From Phoronis australis (taxonomy: Eukaryota; Animalia; Phoronida): DNA of 41,049 nt. Below, piece after piece: positions 1 through 13,325 of this stretch. The stretch covers positions 154,848 to 195,896 of the forward strand of contig NMRA01000535.1 in the NCBI GenBank assembly GCA_002633005.1. The letters are read 5' to 3'. The translations under genes and the position numbers were made by a program. The notes under the pieces are model-generated. The model was not told where the DNA came from and did no database searches. It saw only the letters and a list, made by a program, of their open reading frames with translations. The stretch's first letter is position 1. Each line of letters opens with the position of its first letter.

Positions 1-281
1 AACAGTGCATAACAACATTACATGTACAACAGTACATAACAACATTACGTGTACAACAGTACATAACAACATTACATGTACAACAGTGCATAACAACATT
101 ACGTTTAGAACAGTACATAACAACATTACATGTAGAACAGTGCATAACAACATTACATGTAGAACAGTGCATAACAACATTACATGTAGAACAGTGCATA
201 ACAACATTACATGTACAACAGTACATAACAACATTACGTGTACAACAGTACATAACAACATTACATGTAGAACAGTGCATA
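1..281. repeat. 27-bp minisatellite (AACAGTRCATAACAACATTACRTGTAS), about 10 copies, runs off the window start
   Basis: Tandem unit is visible directly; it explains the repetitive ORF 5..292 (VHNNITCTT repeats). Confidence 0.95.
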
Positions 282-1007
282 AAGCTATCTGAAAGTTTCA
301 TATGAATCCGGTCAGTCATTTCTGAGATATGATGTTCCTAAGTTGGTCTAAATCTGACATTTTTCTAGGGTCCTACATAACCTTAGTGGGTTAAAAGTCC
401 TGATGTCCAAAATTCTCTATGAAAGGGTTAGGTTCATGGGGTTAGCACCAACAAAAGGGTGGACAGGTGTTTTGGAAACCCTGTGAAAGGTGTAGACGCC
501 TTACAGATGCGAGGTGCCTTTTTTCAAGTCCATCATTTAAATGGATGGGTATCTTCATTTTCCAGCTGGATCTCTCCTCAAAAATCTACTTATATAAGTA
601 CTCCCACCCCTGAGACAGACATTGACTTTACCATTTTGCTTTAGATGAACCCAAGCAGTCCATCGAGGAATGCATACCTTTGACTTTGAATAATTAATCG
701 ATTAACTTTTTCTTGTGAGCACAACCCAATTCTCTCCTTATAAAAATTTCTTTTATCTCACACTAAAGTGGCCACAGATGATAGTGTTGTTCACGTAAAA
801 GTATAAAAAATATGGTGTTCAGAGTGTGGAACTTCCATGGTGTTATTGAGAGAATAGTACTGTCTATACCGTGCATGGAGTGAGAGAATAGGACTGTCTA
901 TACCCTGCATGGAATGTCTAATGATTGAAGTTTATGTTCCTATCTTTTTAAGGTCTGTGAACATCTAGGCACCCAGTCCTGCCAAAGTGGATGACAAATC
1001 AGTCAGT

Positions 1008-4000
1008 ATGGGACAAGTGTTGAAAAGAGAAATAGAAAGGCGTGATGGCAAGGATGGTTTTAGAGACTTGTCTGAACTGCCACCAGAGGTCAGCCTAGCT
1101 GTGCTGTCACACCTCAATGCTACTGACCTGTGTCTTGCTGCCTGTGTCTGGGAAAGTTTAGCTTGTGATGAGATCTTGTGGAAGGGGTAAATTGTTTTGG
1201 TTTATCCTGAAACAGTTTTTACAAGAACACTGTACACAAGGGAGAGCCGGGGCTCTGTTATGTGTGCGGGTTTATGTGACAGTGCTCGGGATTTAAGATA
1301 TGAAAATGAGCCAAATACACCTAATTTTAGCTGTGTTTAAATATAAATCAGAACTGAGATGGCAATAATTTCTTTTTCTGTTCTGGTGGTAACTTTGAAT
1401 GAATTTGGCTTTGATTATGGTTTGGTATCTTCATAGCTTTTGATACTTTTTCACCGATTATAAATCTCATGCTTACATTAAGATTTCTTTGTCCATCATC
1501 ATCGTAAGTTATTCAGATTTTATTTGTTGTTTTAATAGTTTCTGTTCTTGACAATAGGTTGTGCCATGAATCGTGGGGGCATGTGTCCATCTACAAAAGT
1601 CCTAATCGTGTCAAGTCATTCAGGAGATTGTATTTACAGTTAGATGAAGCCACGCTAACTTTCAATGCTGATCCATTTGAGGTAAGTGAGCAATAATGCT
1701 TTAGAGAAACATTTTAGGGTGAAATTTAGGTGTCGTAAGGATTGGAGAAAAGATTGTAAAACAAATAAGTAAGATTAGATGGTGTAAAATTAAGAAAAGG
1801 ACATTTCAAGTGGTTTGCTCTTTGTCAGTGGATATAGGTAAAATGTAAACATATTAAGAGGAGGAATAATGTCGGCCAAATTAAATAAATTCATAATGCC
1901 GAACAATAAAGTGTATTCCATTGAGAACACAACACAGCGGAATAGTCAAAGTGAACAAGAAAGAAAGTACAGCTCTCCACTGTTTATATTGCACTGCTGT
2001 CATAAGTGCAATGGAACGCGTGCATTGAAGGCATTGAGCTTGTGTAAAATGGAAAATAGCTATTTTGGAAATTATTTTTGATTGAATTAGGAATTTTTAC
2101 TGTAATGGAACAAAAAGGAAGCTCTGGCAAAATGAAGTGGGACTATGCAGTTAGTAATGTTAGTATTGTATTGGTACACATTAATTCATAATTTTGTTCT
2201 AACATTTACTCGTGGACCCAGCATGTTGACTTCTTTGTCTTTGGTCAAAATATGCGCTATAAAAACATGGGTTTGTGTCCGTCTTATTACAGAACTTACC
2301 TGTTGATTTTTCAGGGTATCAAGTATTTGTTCACACACCGACTGTTAGAGGACTCACCAGATGAGATTGCCAAGTTCATACATTCCACCAAACTGCTGAA
2401 TGATCAAAAGAAAAAGGACTTTTTGCAAGAAAGGTGAATTAAAAGATTTTCTTCCTTGAGAAAGCATGTGTCTATAGCAACTTGGTGCTAATTGTCTCCA
2501 CTTGATCACATGATCACTTGATCACATGATCACTTGATCACATGATCACTTGATCACATGATCACTTGATCACATGATCACTTGATCACATGATCACTTG
2601 ATCACATGCTCTTAGTTGTGAGCTGCAACAACTAGTTGAGCAAAATATGGCAAAATATGCATTTGTGGAAGATAGTTGAACAAGTTTCATTTAGCTGGAA
2701 AAATATTCATCTGTGGCAGATAGTTGAAAAAGTTTCAGTTAGCTGACAAAATATGCATCTGTGGCAGATATTTGAACAAGTTTCATTTAGGTGGCAAAAT
2801 ATTCATCTGTGGCAGATAGTTGAAAAAGTTTCAATTAGCTGACAAAATATGCATCTGTGGCAGATAGTGGAACAAGTTTCATTTAGGTTGCATAATATGC
2901 ATCTGTGGCAGACAGTTAAACAAGTTTCATTCAGGTGGCAAAATATGCATTTTCGGCAGACAGTTGAAACAAGTTTCATTTTAGTGGAAAAATATGCATC
3001 TGTTTAAGATAGTTGAACAAGTTTCATTTAGATGGCAAAATACGCACATGTGGTAGATAGTTGAACAATTTTCATTTAGGTGGCAAAATATGCATCTGTG
3101 GCAGATAGTTTAAAAAGTTTCATTTACGTGGCAAAAATTGTTCTGGGAATTAGTTGCACTTATATAACTGAGTGTGGCAAAAGTTTTCATCTTGTTTTAT
3201 GTCCCCTCATATAAACATGTGGATGGATAATGATGTCATCTGTCCATCTGCATCTGTTACCCCCAGCAGCAATTGAATAAACTTCAACAGGTGTGTTCCT
3301 GTGAAGCTATTGACCAAAAAGGACGACTCTCAGACAGACTCTGTGTCATCTAGTGTCAAGGTTGGTGGATCTAACTACTGCTTTACCTCCTTGTGGCTAT
3401 TTTACATTACTTTTTTTTTCTTCTGTCTGGCAAGACCATTGGTACATCTTCAAAAAAGTTATCACATGTGTTTTTATAAAGAGGATACATCTGCCCATTT
3501 TCATATCAGTCTTGTGTGTTTTACACCTCTTAGTGGCAATTCTATGATTTTGATATCCATTTTTGGCCCGTCTTTGTTTCTTTCTGCCAAATGGTTTGAA
3601 GAATGTTGCTCTTGTTCTGCCCCTTAGTTGCAGTTTTTCGCATTAGCTTCAATATTTACAATGTTTTAAGACTGAAATTTATGAGATAAAGCTTTATCGA
3701 CGATAGAGCAGTACTTGCTCATTTTTGGACAACTGTGACTCGTGCTATGCCCCCTAGTGGCAACAGCTTAGTATTCACTTTATCCACTTCTCCAACTGGC
3801 AAACCTCTTGAAGAATCATGTGGTCAAATGCGTCTTGAGGTAAGCATGACTGGCTTTGATTATTGAATCGATCTGACTGCTGCAGTGCCCCCTTGTGGTA
3901 ATTTTGGTTTTCTGTGCAACCTGGATTGCATTTGCCAATTTTTGAATGTGTAGCACTGCACCTTGTAGACCCAGTTTTAAGTTCAATAGTATTGCTCATT

Positions 4001-7000
4001 CTAGGACATGGAAATTTGTTGACATATAACATCCCTTATATCTCGGTTAGCATTGCTCTTGTTCGTGATGTAGATGTCATTTTGCCTATACTTGCCTATT
4101 CTACACTTAATTCTTGTATAATGATATTTCATGTAAAAAAAAAACCTTCAATTTTGATGGAGTTTACCACCCCTTCCAAAATTTGACTGCCTCGTGTCCA
4201 TTGCCAGTGATCTTTCATTCCTTTTGATTCAAAAACCAACTCTTATCTTACCAAGAAAAATCCACCATTCTCTCATTCACAGTGTTCCTCTTTAAGGCTT
4301 TACAAAGTGGCAAGAAAGTGTTCATTTTTAAAAGAGGTTTACGACGCATCACTGTTATTCTTTCAGGGACGATATTTTGGAAAGACTTATCAACTACCAG
4401 AGTTTTGAGAACCAGTTCTTGCCCAACGCTCTTCGAAAGTTTTTCAAGGCAATTCATGTACCCACCACCAGAGGGGAGTATCTGTCACAGTTGGTTGGCA
4501 CTTTCACAGATAGATTTTGTGCTTGTAACCCGGACCTGCACCTTTCAAGGGGTATGTATTTGTGACCGGGACACTTCAACTACTAAAATTTGCCTGCAAA
4601 CACATTTTCTATCAAGATGAATCATGTCAATTGATACACCACTAATCACTGCTTGACATGTACTGTTCAATTGATACATTACTAATCACTTCCTGACATG
4701 TACTGTTCAATTGATACATTACTAATCACTGCCTGACATGTTGTACTGTTCAATTGATACATTACTAATCACTTTCTGACATGTTGTCATGCTTTTGCAA
4801 GGAAGAGTACGGTAATTCTGCACTTGTTTGCTCAAAAATAATTGGCAAAGTGCCAGTTTTCCATTCTTGAAAGGTTGATTTCCTTGCTGCAAATAATGTA
4901 CACAGTACAAACCAAGTTAGCAATAGGCTGAACATAAGAAATTTGCAAAATAATATTTACTTGTCAGCCATATTGTGTTCCAAATAAGTCAACTATTACC
5001 AGATGATTATATGAATTTGTCAATCTCAATATGGCGTGGAAAATATGTTACAAACATTTTAAGTCTTGTCAACACGCCATTTATCGGCTACATCATGTGT
5101 CCTAATAAGCATAAGTCTGAAAAGATTTCTGCCCCCAAACCAGGACTCGAACCCAGGACCTTCTGACCCCTGGTTGGGGGCAGAAATCTATTCAGAGTTA
5201 TATTAATTTTATTGATTACGTCACGTGATGTGGCCAACAGATGGCGGGCTGACAAGACTTCAAATATTTGCAATTACCAGATAGTCCTTACAGAGTGATT
5301 ATCGACAATCCAAACTGACTGTTTATATCATATTCAGGTATGTGTAGCTCAAAAACTTGTGGTAATGAAAATAGGTTCACTGTTTTAGGAAGTCATGGCT
5401 TAATTCAGTCTATAGATAACAGGAATTTACACAGACTTTCAACTGTGAATAAATGGTAGCCACAGGTTTATTCTTGGACTATTTGAAGCACAGTAATAAC
5501 AATAGCAATAGCAATAGCAATAGCAATAGCAATAACAATAATAATAATAATAATAAACTTTATTTATAGAGGATAAAATACAATAGTCCTAAAACATGCT
5601 TTAGCCAACTTAGGCTAATATGCAGCATGGTCCTCTGTAGCAAAAATTAAATTAAATAAATTAAGTTAGATAAATAGATAAATAAATAAAATAAATTAAG
5701 TTGCATTAAATTAAACAGTATTTAGAAATTAGATTTACAGACTGAATTAAAAATAAATAAATAAATAAAAACTTTTAATATGGTAATACATTGGAGCTAT
5801 GATGACCACAGGTAACTAATGAGTTGATGTCTGAAATCATCAACAGTCAACCTCCTTTAGACTATTTGGCAAGTTGTCCCATTGTTGAATGGCCTGAATA
5901 AAGAAGGACTTAGAATGAAGTTCTGTGTTTAGGCAAAACCAAATTGTTTTGAGGTAGAAAATCTTGTTCTGATTTGGTGGCTATTTCAAACAAGTACAAG
6001 GTTACGAGATTAAGTTGGTACCTTTAGTAGTGGATTTTTCATGCTCACTGCAGTCTTGTACTTTTAATAAGATATAGATCGTTATTTGTACACATGGCCA
6101 TTGGGCCAAATTACAACATATAAACAGGTATAGATCATTATTTGTACACATGGCCATTGGGCCAAATTACAACATATAAACTAGCAAAGTAGTGTGCTAT
6201 ACACACATGTCAACAATACAAACTAAACGTTAAACGTTCTTATTTTTGCAGGCACTGTATACATAGTTTAAAACTGAGATATTAGGTTTTTGTAATAGCT
6301 TATAAAATTTGTACAGAGCAGTATTTGTCTACACACTTACAATTATGTTCTGATTCTGATATTAGATAAAGAATTGCAACTAATAAAAAGAGATATTCTA
6401 TGTAATTCCACAAGCACAACGTACAAATTCTGTTTGGTTAATTCAATATTTAAATGGATAACCAATTTCTGCTGCTAGGCTGTGGTTTGCTCAGCAGACA
6501 TGTAAAATTTTGCATAAACAATCGCTGAAAATTATCAATTTCTAAATATTATTTTTCGAATTCAAATACAGCTTTAACGCTTTGAATAAGAATTAGACTG
6601 AACATCGGATTAATGTCTTTTGAAACAGCAGTCCTTTTAAAATACATTACGAAAAATATTTCCAAATGACTGTTGACCCACTGCTGCCAGATACAGCCAA
6701 ACGTGATACATCGACACACTGCTGCCAGGTTCAGCCAAACACGATACATTGTCACACTGCTGCCAGGTTCAGCCAAACATGATACATTAATAATTAGCTG
6801 GGGACAGTAAAGTGTCATCTTTTCCAAAAACAGCTCTAATGCGTAATTAAACCCGAAACTCTCGCGTTGCAGCTAAACACTCTTATGGCTGAGCGAAATC
6901 ACACTAAATAAATGGCAGTATTTTAAGTGTATTTAACTGGTAGTCACCAGCCCTGATTTCACCGAATGTCTGGCAGACAAGGGCAACTGGCAATTTGTTA

Positions 7001-7745
7001 GATCACTAACACCTATTTTATTGTTTTATAGATCTGTACTTGGCTAATAATTTCCAAAAGTCTGTCCCATTCAACAATAATCACAAAAATGCATTTTTTC
7101 TGGTGTAAAAACAGTTATAGTGTCCATTGTAAGTGGAACTTGCATGCTAATTCTTATCTCTCTGATTGCTTGGCAAAATTAGTTGGAAACACAACTTAGA
7201 GCGACGATGTGAATATGAAGTAGATTGAAAATTGCCAAATGTTTTTAAGAACGACTTTTGTGTCAAAAAGAATCCACGATAAATCGCTCTATCGTGTCCA
7301 GTAAGTATTGTGACGTGGTGTTTGGGATGCGGGTTATGTTAATCCCCAAGGTATGTCATTAGGTCAAAGGTCACCTAGTTGCAAAATTTTTGTTTTCACA
7401 TAAGTTGTCAGTGAATATAACTACACTTTGTTTAGCATAGATGATGTTCAAATAGCATTGTCGTTTATTTCCCGCTATTTGTTAGCATAGTGTTAGGAGC
7501 ATGCAAATTCATCTTTAATTCATGAAATGAACTAATTTCTTATAGAGTCCGTGTTCATCATCTGCTTCAGTCTGATCATGCTATCGGTGGATCTCTGCAG
7601 TCCTCATGTCAAGAACAAAATGTCTAAACGAGAGTTCATACGGAACACACGTGGTGCCGCCACCGATCTAGATGGTGAACTAGCGGGTCATCTCTATGAC
7701 AACATATATCTTGTGGGTCACGTAGCTCCTGAAGGTGAAGGCTGA
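1008..7745 (+). CDS. FBXO8: F-box only protein 8 (F-box + Sec7-like domain), 268 aa; exons 1008-1186, 1558-1681, 2315-2433, 4367-4551, 7546-7745
   Basis: All introns are GT-AG with consistent phases; total 807 nt. The F-box reads LSELPPEVSLAVLSHLNATDLCLAACVW. Downstream segments FRRLYLQLDEATLTFNADP, NQFLPNALRKFF, RGEYL, RFCACNPDL and SPHVKNKMSKREFIRNT...GHLYDNIYLVGHVA match vertebrate FBXO8 as I recall it. An acceptor at 951-952 implies an upstream 5' UTR exon. Confidence 0.95.
2499..2608. repeat. 16-bp tandem repeat CACTTGATCACATGAT, about 7 copies
   Basis: Near-perfect tandem array in an FBXO8 intron, read directly. Confidence 0.95.
2649..3137. repeat. 48-bp minisatellite (GGCAAAATATGCATCTGTGGCAGATAGTTGAACAAGTTTCATTTAGGT), about 10 diverged copies
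   Basis: Tandem units read directly. Confidence 0.9.
4628..4785. repeat. About 40-bp tandem repeat (CAATTGATACATTACTAATCACTGCCTGACATGTACTGTT), 4 copies
   Basis: Tandem units read directly. Confidence 0.9.
5051..5270. mobile_element. Foldback/MITE-like element with nested inverted repeats and an internal Pol III B-box
   Basis: Outer imperfect inverted repeat 5051-5099 / 5222-5270 (AAGTCTTGTCA...TGACAAGACTT). Inner inverted repeat 5123-5144 / 5169-5189. GGTTCGAGTCC lies on the minus strand at 5143-5153. Confidence 0.6.
5494..6000 (-). mobile_element. Degenerate 3' end of a non-LTR retrotransposon (CR1/L2-like) with (ATT)n/(ATTGCT)n tail
   Basis: The minus strand around 5855-5930 translates NTELHSKSFFIQAIQQWDNLPNSLKE, the typical LINE ORF2 C-terminal SF..R.I..WN.LP motif. 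It is followed by AATAAA and a microsatellite tail at 5494-5556. Confidence 0.65.
6679..6788. repeat. 38-bp tandem repeat, about 3 copies
   Basis: CACTGCTGCCAGGTTCAGCCAAACACGATACATTGTCA is repeated. Confidence 0.85.
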
Positions 7746-9182
7746 AGTGAGTCTGCAAGCAGTGATAGCTGCGTTTCGTTTTAGAATATTGTACATCAGA
7801 AATGAGCTGGTCTTATAACTGAGTTTTGTCATTGTAATTATTTGATCATTTACCAATCATTTAGAATATGAAATTAGTGAAAACTGCATGTCATGAATTC
7901 TTTTATATGTACCGTCATGAAGTAGAATATTTGTTTGAATTAAAATGTATATGACTGTAATGATATTCATTGATTTTATCCTCTGTTTTTGGACATTGAA
8001 ATCTGAATATTCATGGACAATACGAGAAGATTTCATTCTGTATTAACTGATAACAGTATAACTCACATTAAATTGGATGCTCCTGAGATGGAGTTTTGCA
8101 TAGCTCTGACAAAATTTCTGCAGTATGGTTATTTAGCTGGTACAACTGACCTTTCATATACATTATGAACACAACCCATTACACATTATCATGTACTATG
8201 TCAATAGGTATATGTACTGTGAGCACCTACCCATGGCATCACAAAATTGGATCTGCAGTTCCTTCTGCGTGGAACATACAGAAGATTGATGAGAATGCTT
8301 GTGGTAAAATGTCATCAAATTAGGGCAGAATATGACCCACAAGTGAAAATTGGAATTTTTTCATTTTATTCTGCACCTGCACTGTGATTTCACTGCTCCG
8401 CTAGTCGGGTACAGCCGTGTCGTTATCAGTTTGACAGTGATAGCACAGGGGAGAAAGCTGGCAAACCAATGTTTACATAGTCCAGCTCTCTCATTGTCTG
8501 CATTCATCTGATAATGTCACGAAATCCAGCAATTATGTTTTGCCCCTGGCGCTAACCAATATGTAAAAATACTATTTTAAATGGTGCTCAACAAAATGGG
8601 TTCTGCGTGAAATATTACTACCAAAAAACTTTGAACGGACGAAAAAAATGGTTGACTTTCAGAGAAATTGGACTTGACTTTTTCCTGTTGATTCCTTTGT
8701 GTCACTAAAACCTCTGACCCTACTACTTCAGTATTGTATACCAACAAAATAGGCTTGTTGTTCAAGTTTAATGGAATGTGATAGTAGATCATATTGTGAT
8801 GTTGGAAAGTTGTTGGTTTTTACAATTCAGGGGAATGGTACATAACCTTTTGAAAGATAAATAGCACCGAGTGTTATTAATACCATTTTTAAGAAGTATG
8901 TCATACATAAAGCGACAATGTTTATGACAAGTATGTCATACATGTAGCGACAATGTTTATGACAAGTTGAAGACATTGACAAAATTCATGATAAGCCTTA
9001 AGAGAGACCAAATTTCACACCATTTTGTATAAAATAGATGAGATTTTATTGTAATAATAGTCGAGGTTGGAATCTACGTTTAGAACCCAATCTCCATCTG
9101 GAATAGTTTTTAAACTGAAGATGTACGAGTCAGATTTCATGAATTTATGAATAAAATCTCTTGATCCAGTTGAATCCACGTT

Positions 9183-9349
9183 ATGTGAGTTATACAGTTA
9201 GAGTAATATCCTTTCATATAGCAGTACGCCGGTATACATGTGAGTTATACAGTTAGAGTAATATCCTTTCATATAGCAGTACGCCGGTATACATGTGAGT
9301 TATACAGTTAGAGTAATATCCTTTCATATTGCAGTACGCCGGTATACAT
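9183..9349. repeat. 55-bp tandem repeat, 3 near-identical copies
   Basis: ATGTGAGTTATACAGTTAGAGTAATATCCTTTCATATAGCAGTACGCCGGTATAC x3. Confidence 0.95.
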
Positions 9350-11896
9350 AACTCTACTATCTGAGCTGTATAACATCAGATTTGGATGTTCAAAGAATTT
9401 CGTAAAGTTGAGTTTTCCTCTAAATTTTAAATTAACTTGTTGTATTTTTTTTTACTGTCCACTCATTGCTGTGCAATTTTCAAATTACTGGACAGACTTT
9501 TGCAGAACTCTGTTGGGCTCCTTCAAACTATGATAAACTTTTCGAGAGAAATGTTTGACAGTTTTGTCGAACTTTTGTTACAATAAATTAGCGTTTTTGT
9601 CATCAGTTAGACAGAATTAATGTGACGTTATTGCACCTGGCCACTAATTTTTGTGTGTATGCATGGCCTTGTGTGCTGTCCTTTTGACAAAGTGCGTAGA
9701 GCAACTTCATCGAGATTTAGCCTGCATTGAAACAGATTCTTCACAAAAAGAAATACATATTTAGTCTTGTGTTGTAGTTTTGTGTGTTGAAAGTTGATCG
9801 AATTTCGACGTCGTCAAGTTTATTTTGAAAACTACTGCAGTACTGTATCTTGTTAAGTCTGGTTCTAGTGTTTGTTACTTTTTCATGTTGAAAGCATGAG
9901 CAATAGTTATTAACTTTGTTTTGGTAACTGCAGCAGGTTAGTGCTTAAAGCTCAATAATTTATGGCCAAGAATTTTTCATGAATAGGGTGTTGAATTAGG
10001 TTGGGAGAGGTTGATGAACTTTGTGTGTTGGGTAACCTTGGAAATGATAAGGGTAAAGGGAGCTGTGTTGGGTAAGGAAAGGGCTTGTTGGCAGATGATG
10101 AGGACTGTGCTAGGAAGTTACCTTTATAACAGTTGAATATTAAATACCGTCCTAAGTTAGACACACCTTGAATGGCGATTTAAAGAATTGTAATGCTCCT
10201 AACTATTATATGCTAATGTATAGCAGGAACTAACGAACAATGCTAGCATAACATATTGTACACTAAACAATTTACAGTTGTAATCATTGGCAACTTGTAA
10301 ACAAAAAAAATCTGCAAATAGGTGACCTTTACAAATAGGTGACCTTTACACTAATGATTTACATTGTGGGCTCACATAGCCCACATCATGCAGCATTATT
10401 CACCAGCACCACGTCGCGATTCTTATGGCCATGGTTCAGTGATTGGCGGCAGATCATTTTTGCCTCAGAATGAGTTGTCTGGCGAAAATGATCCGCTGCA
10501 AATTCATTCTTTAATGCATTTGGCAGTTCTCAGCCTACTTCATTATTCACATCGTCGCTATATGTTGTGTTTCCAACTAATTTAGCCAAGCAATCACAGA
10601 GATTAGCCTGCAAGATCCACTTTAAAATGAGCATGTGACTGAAGTCTGTCAGTGTTATCTTCCAACTGACCTGTACCGAGTTGTGCCGTTTCAGTTTAGT
10701 ATTATCACTCTTAAGTTTTTATGTTTTATATCATAAATGTATTTACACTATTCAGTTTCCATGTTACTGTCAAGTGTCCTCAAATATCAATGCCATCTGT
10801 TGTTAAGTTGAAATGGCAGACATGTATGTGCTGACAAGTGAAACACTTTAGACAAAATGGTGGAACATTGCTGCGTAGGCATCTTCTATGCTGAAACCAT
10901 TTATGTTTTATTATTTTCTAAGTTAAGTAGTTGTGATTTTAAATTGTTATGCAACTTGTGAAAGTTGTAATTAAAACTGTCTCATTTATTGTTTGTGAGA
11001 TATTGATCGATACTTTGATGTGTTTGAAGTACATACTACCAATGGCATATTCATCCATATCATTGATGTCAAAATGTTGAACGTTATTGTTTAGTAAAAT
11101 TTTGAACTGTGATATGTAGTCATATTTTAACTCTGATTGAAATGTTAATATCAAATTTTCATAACATTTGAAATTTGCCACGTCAGAAAAAGTCAACTGT
11201 CTGTCGGCTGGTAGTGGTGGTTGACTGTAACACCGTATTGCAATAAAGAACCAGCCAAAACGCATTTCCTATGAAGGCCATCGACCAAGTGTGTGTTCAT
11301 CTTTATCCTTGTCTGAATATTCAGATAACTTTGTTCTCCGATATACATGTTCCATGCACATTCATTCATTGCGCTCCAATTTTTACTCCTCTATTCACAT
11401 TTTATAAGTAGTTTTCGTCAGTTTAAATGTCCCGAAAAAGAAAATGGAAAATAGAGCCTGGATGCTTACAAGTGTTTTATTTAGGTATGATCTGATAAGA
11501 AACAGTAACTAATTACTGTCACTAAGTGATTCAGTGAATAGAGTCAATCTGTTGATGACTAACCCATTAAAGTGAGAATCAAATGTGGATGGAGACTGTT
11601 GACCAGTGACACTGGAGAAATTCAAAAGATATCTTCAAATCTGTCCTGATCTTGTTTAAAGGGGATGTTTACATCATGAACACAGGAAATACGAAATTCA
11701 CCGTTTAGGAGCTTACCTACAGTCTGTAACACATATTGTGTTGTGCTTGCATCAGTTGACTATTGACACACAGTAAATTGATACACTGGTTTTGATGATT
11801 TTATATTTTCATTTTGTACTGAATTCTCTCATTGACATTGCATAGCACATTCATGAAGGCCAGTCATATTTGTATATCAAATTAACAGAAAAATCA

Positions 11897-11974
11897 GGAA
11901 CCTCAAGTGGGTATCGAACTACAGGTCTCCAGATTGTCGGTTTAGTGCTCTTACCATTGAGCTACTTAGGACCC
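11897..11974 (-). mobile_element. tRNA-derived SINE head or tRNA pseudogene
   Basis: The minus strand reads GGTCCTAAGTAGCTCAATGGTAAGAGCAC...TGTAGTTCGATACCCAC, with A-box and B-box at tRNA spacing. The anticodon and acceptor stems are imperfect. Confidence 0.65.
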
Positions 11975-12717
11975 GATATATGAGCAATAACAGTTTGCAG
12001 CCAACGGATTTTTCTGTGTTTATTTGGTATATCTCTATTGGTCAGCCTCTGCATCTTTTTATTTAGTATCAAGATACTTCAACTTGGGTAACATGAGTGA
12101 AGCAATGGATGCCTATCTAACACTGCAGTAAGTCAACATTCCTTAACCAACCAATCATTTATCAGTGGCTCTCATCTACATTGTACCTTGCAATGCACCA
12201 TAGATTATTCTATGAATGCACTGAGGTAAACATTCTCCAATTTAGGATAGTGAACATTTTTTAGACTTTCCCAAACTTGAGAATTTTTGCCATAGTTAAG
12301 TACTGAGCCTAGTAGTCATTGCATACACGAAAGTTCTGTGAACCTGTGTGGTCTTGACAAACTTGCAAGATACTAGGCAGCAAGAATTCATAGAAGAATG
12401 TACTAGGATTGACACTTACAATAACTTAACATTAATCCCATATTGAATGCTGTTTTGGTAACTATGACCATTACAAAGGGACATCTCGCAATGTATCATG
12501 AAAATCAAGTCATGAAATTAGGCAAGTTCACACTAATTTTGTGGTCAGAATGAACCTCATAGGGGTTATTTTTGACCTTATAAACTGGTTCATTATTTTT
12601 TATTTTGAATTCACAAAGCAAACCTTTATCTCCTCTTTCAGCACGGCTTATTACTGCATAACCAAGACAAAAATAATAAAAATATTAATTTACACGTGAA
12701 ACTGGTGCACACACAGG

Positions 12718-12723
12718 TTTATT
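12718..12723 (-). promoter_or_regulatory. Candidate polyadenylation signal of the FAM47-like gene
   Basis: AATAAA on the minus strand about 600 nt after the stop codon, followed by U/GU-rich sequence. Confidence 0.5.
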
Positions 12724-13325
12724 TAAACTATAAATTACATTATGTACATTCTTTTGTTTCCTGAAATGATGAGTCATGGAAATTTACAAATGAAATATGA
12801 ATAAAAGCCTTAACTTCCAATGCAGACTTGAGACAGGGCAGTGAATAATCCACATACTATTTAATGATTAAAAAGCAGTCAAATGGTTAACAAGAATTAT
12901 GCAGACTTTCATGAATAGACAACACAATAAGCATCATAGGTAAACGGGCAAGTTTAAAAATCCGGTATTTCAATGTCGTTTCAGGCTCACCAAAATCTTT
13001 GAAATCAGATACAGAAATAAATGGAGTTGCGTTCCATGTATGCAAGAATTTTGCAAAGAAAGCTAGTCTGGTCTCGTGATTTGCTTGTAATGAGTGACAA
13101 TATCCTGCAGTGTTATGCCACTGTGCGTTTTCGCAAAGTTCTGGCATCCCCAGAAAGCACACCAGTTCCTGGGTTACATGCCCTGACCATCATTGATAAA
13201 CAATCACGGATCAATATACAATCATGGATCAATACACCTCTCTCTTTGGATTATGTTCTGAATGGTACAATGACAGTTATGTACAGTTATGGTGAATGAA
13301 CGGGGGTGACAACAGCACTGATGGA

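Noticed and set aside
5-292. 95-aa ORF of VHNNITCTT repeats
   Set aside because: It is the translation of a 27-bp minisatellite with a GTG start and no splice or context support.
2649-3137. Regularly spaced repeats superficially like a CRISPR array (also 34605-34912 and 40135-40478)
   Set aside because: The units are head-to-tail with no unique spacers, there are no cas genes, and the context is eukaryotic introns.
3301-4620. Several 60-112 aa ORFs in FBXO8 introns, and similar short ORFs throughout the track
   Set aside because: They have no recognisable motifs. They are intronic, antisense or off-frame shadows of real exons.
11897-11974. Functional tRNA gene (including tRNA-Sec)
   Set aside because: The acceptor and anticodon stems pair poorly, and there is no UCA anticodon or long variable arm. 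It is better read as a SINE head or pseudogene.
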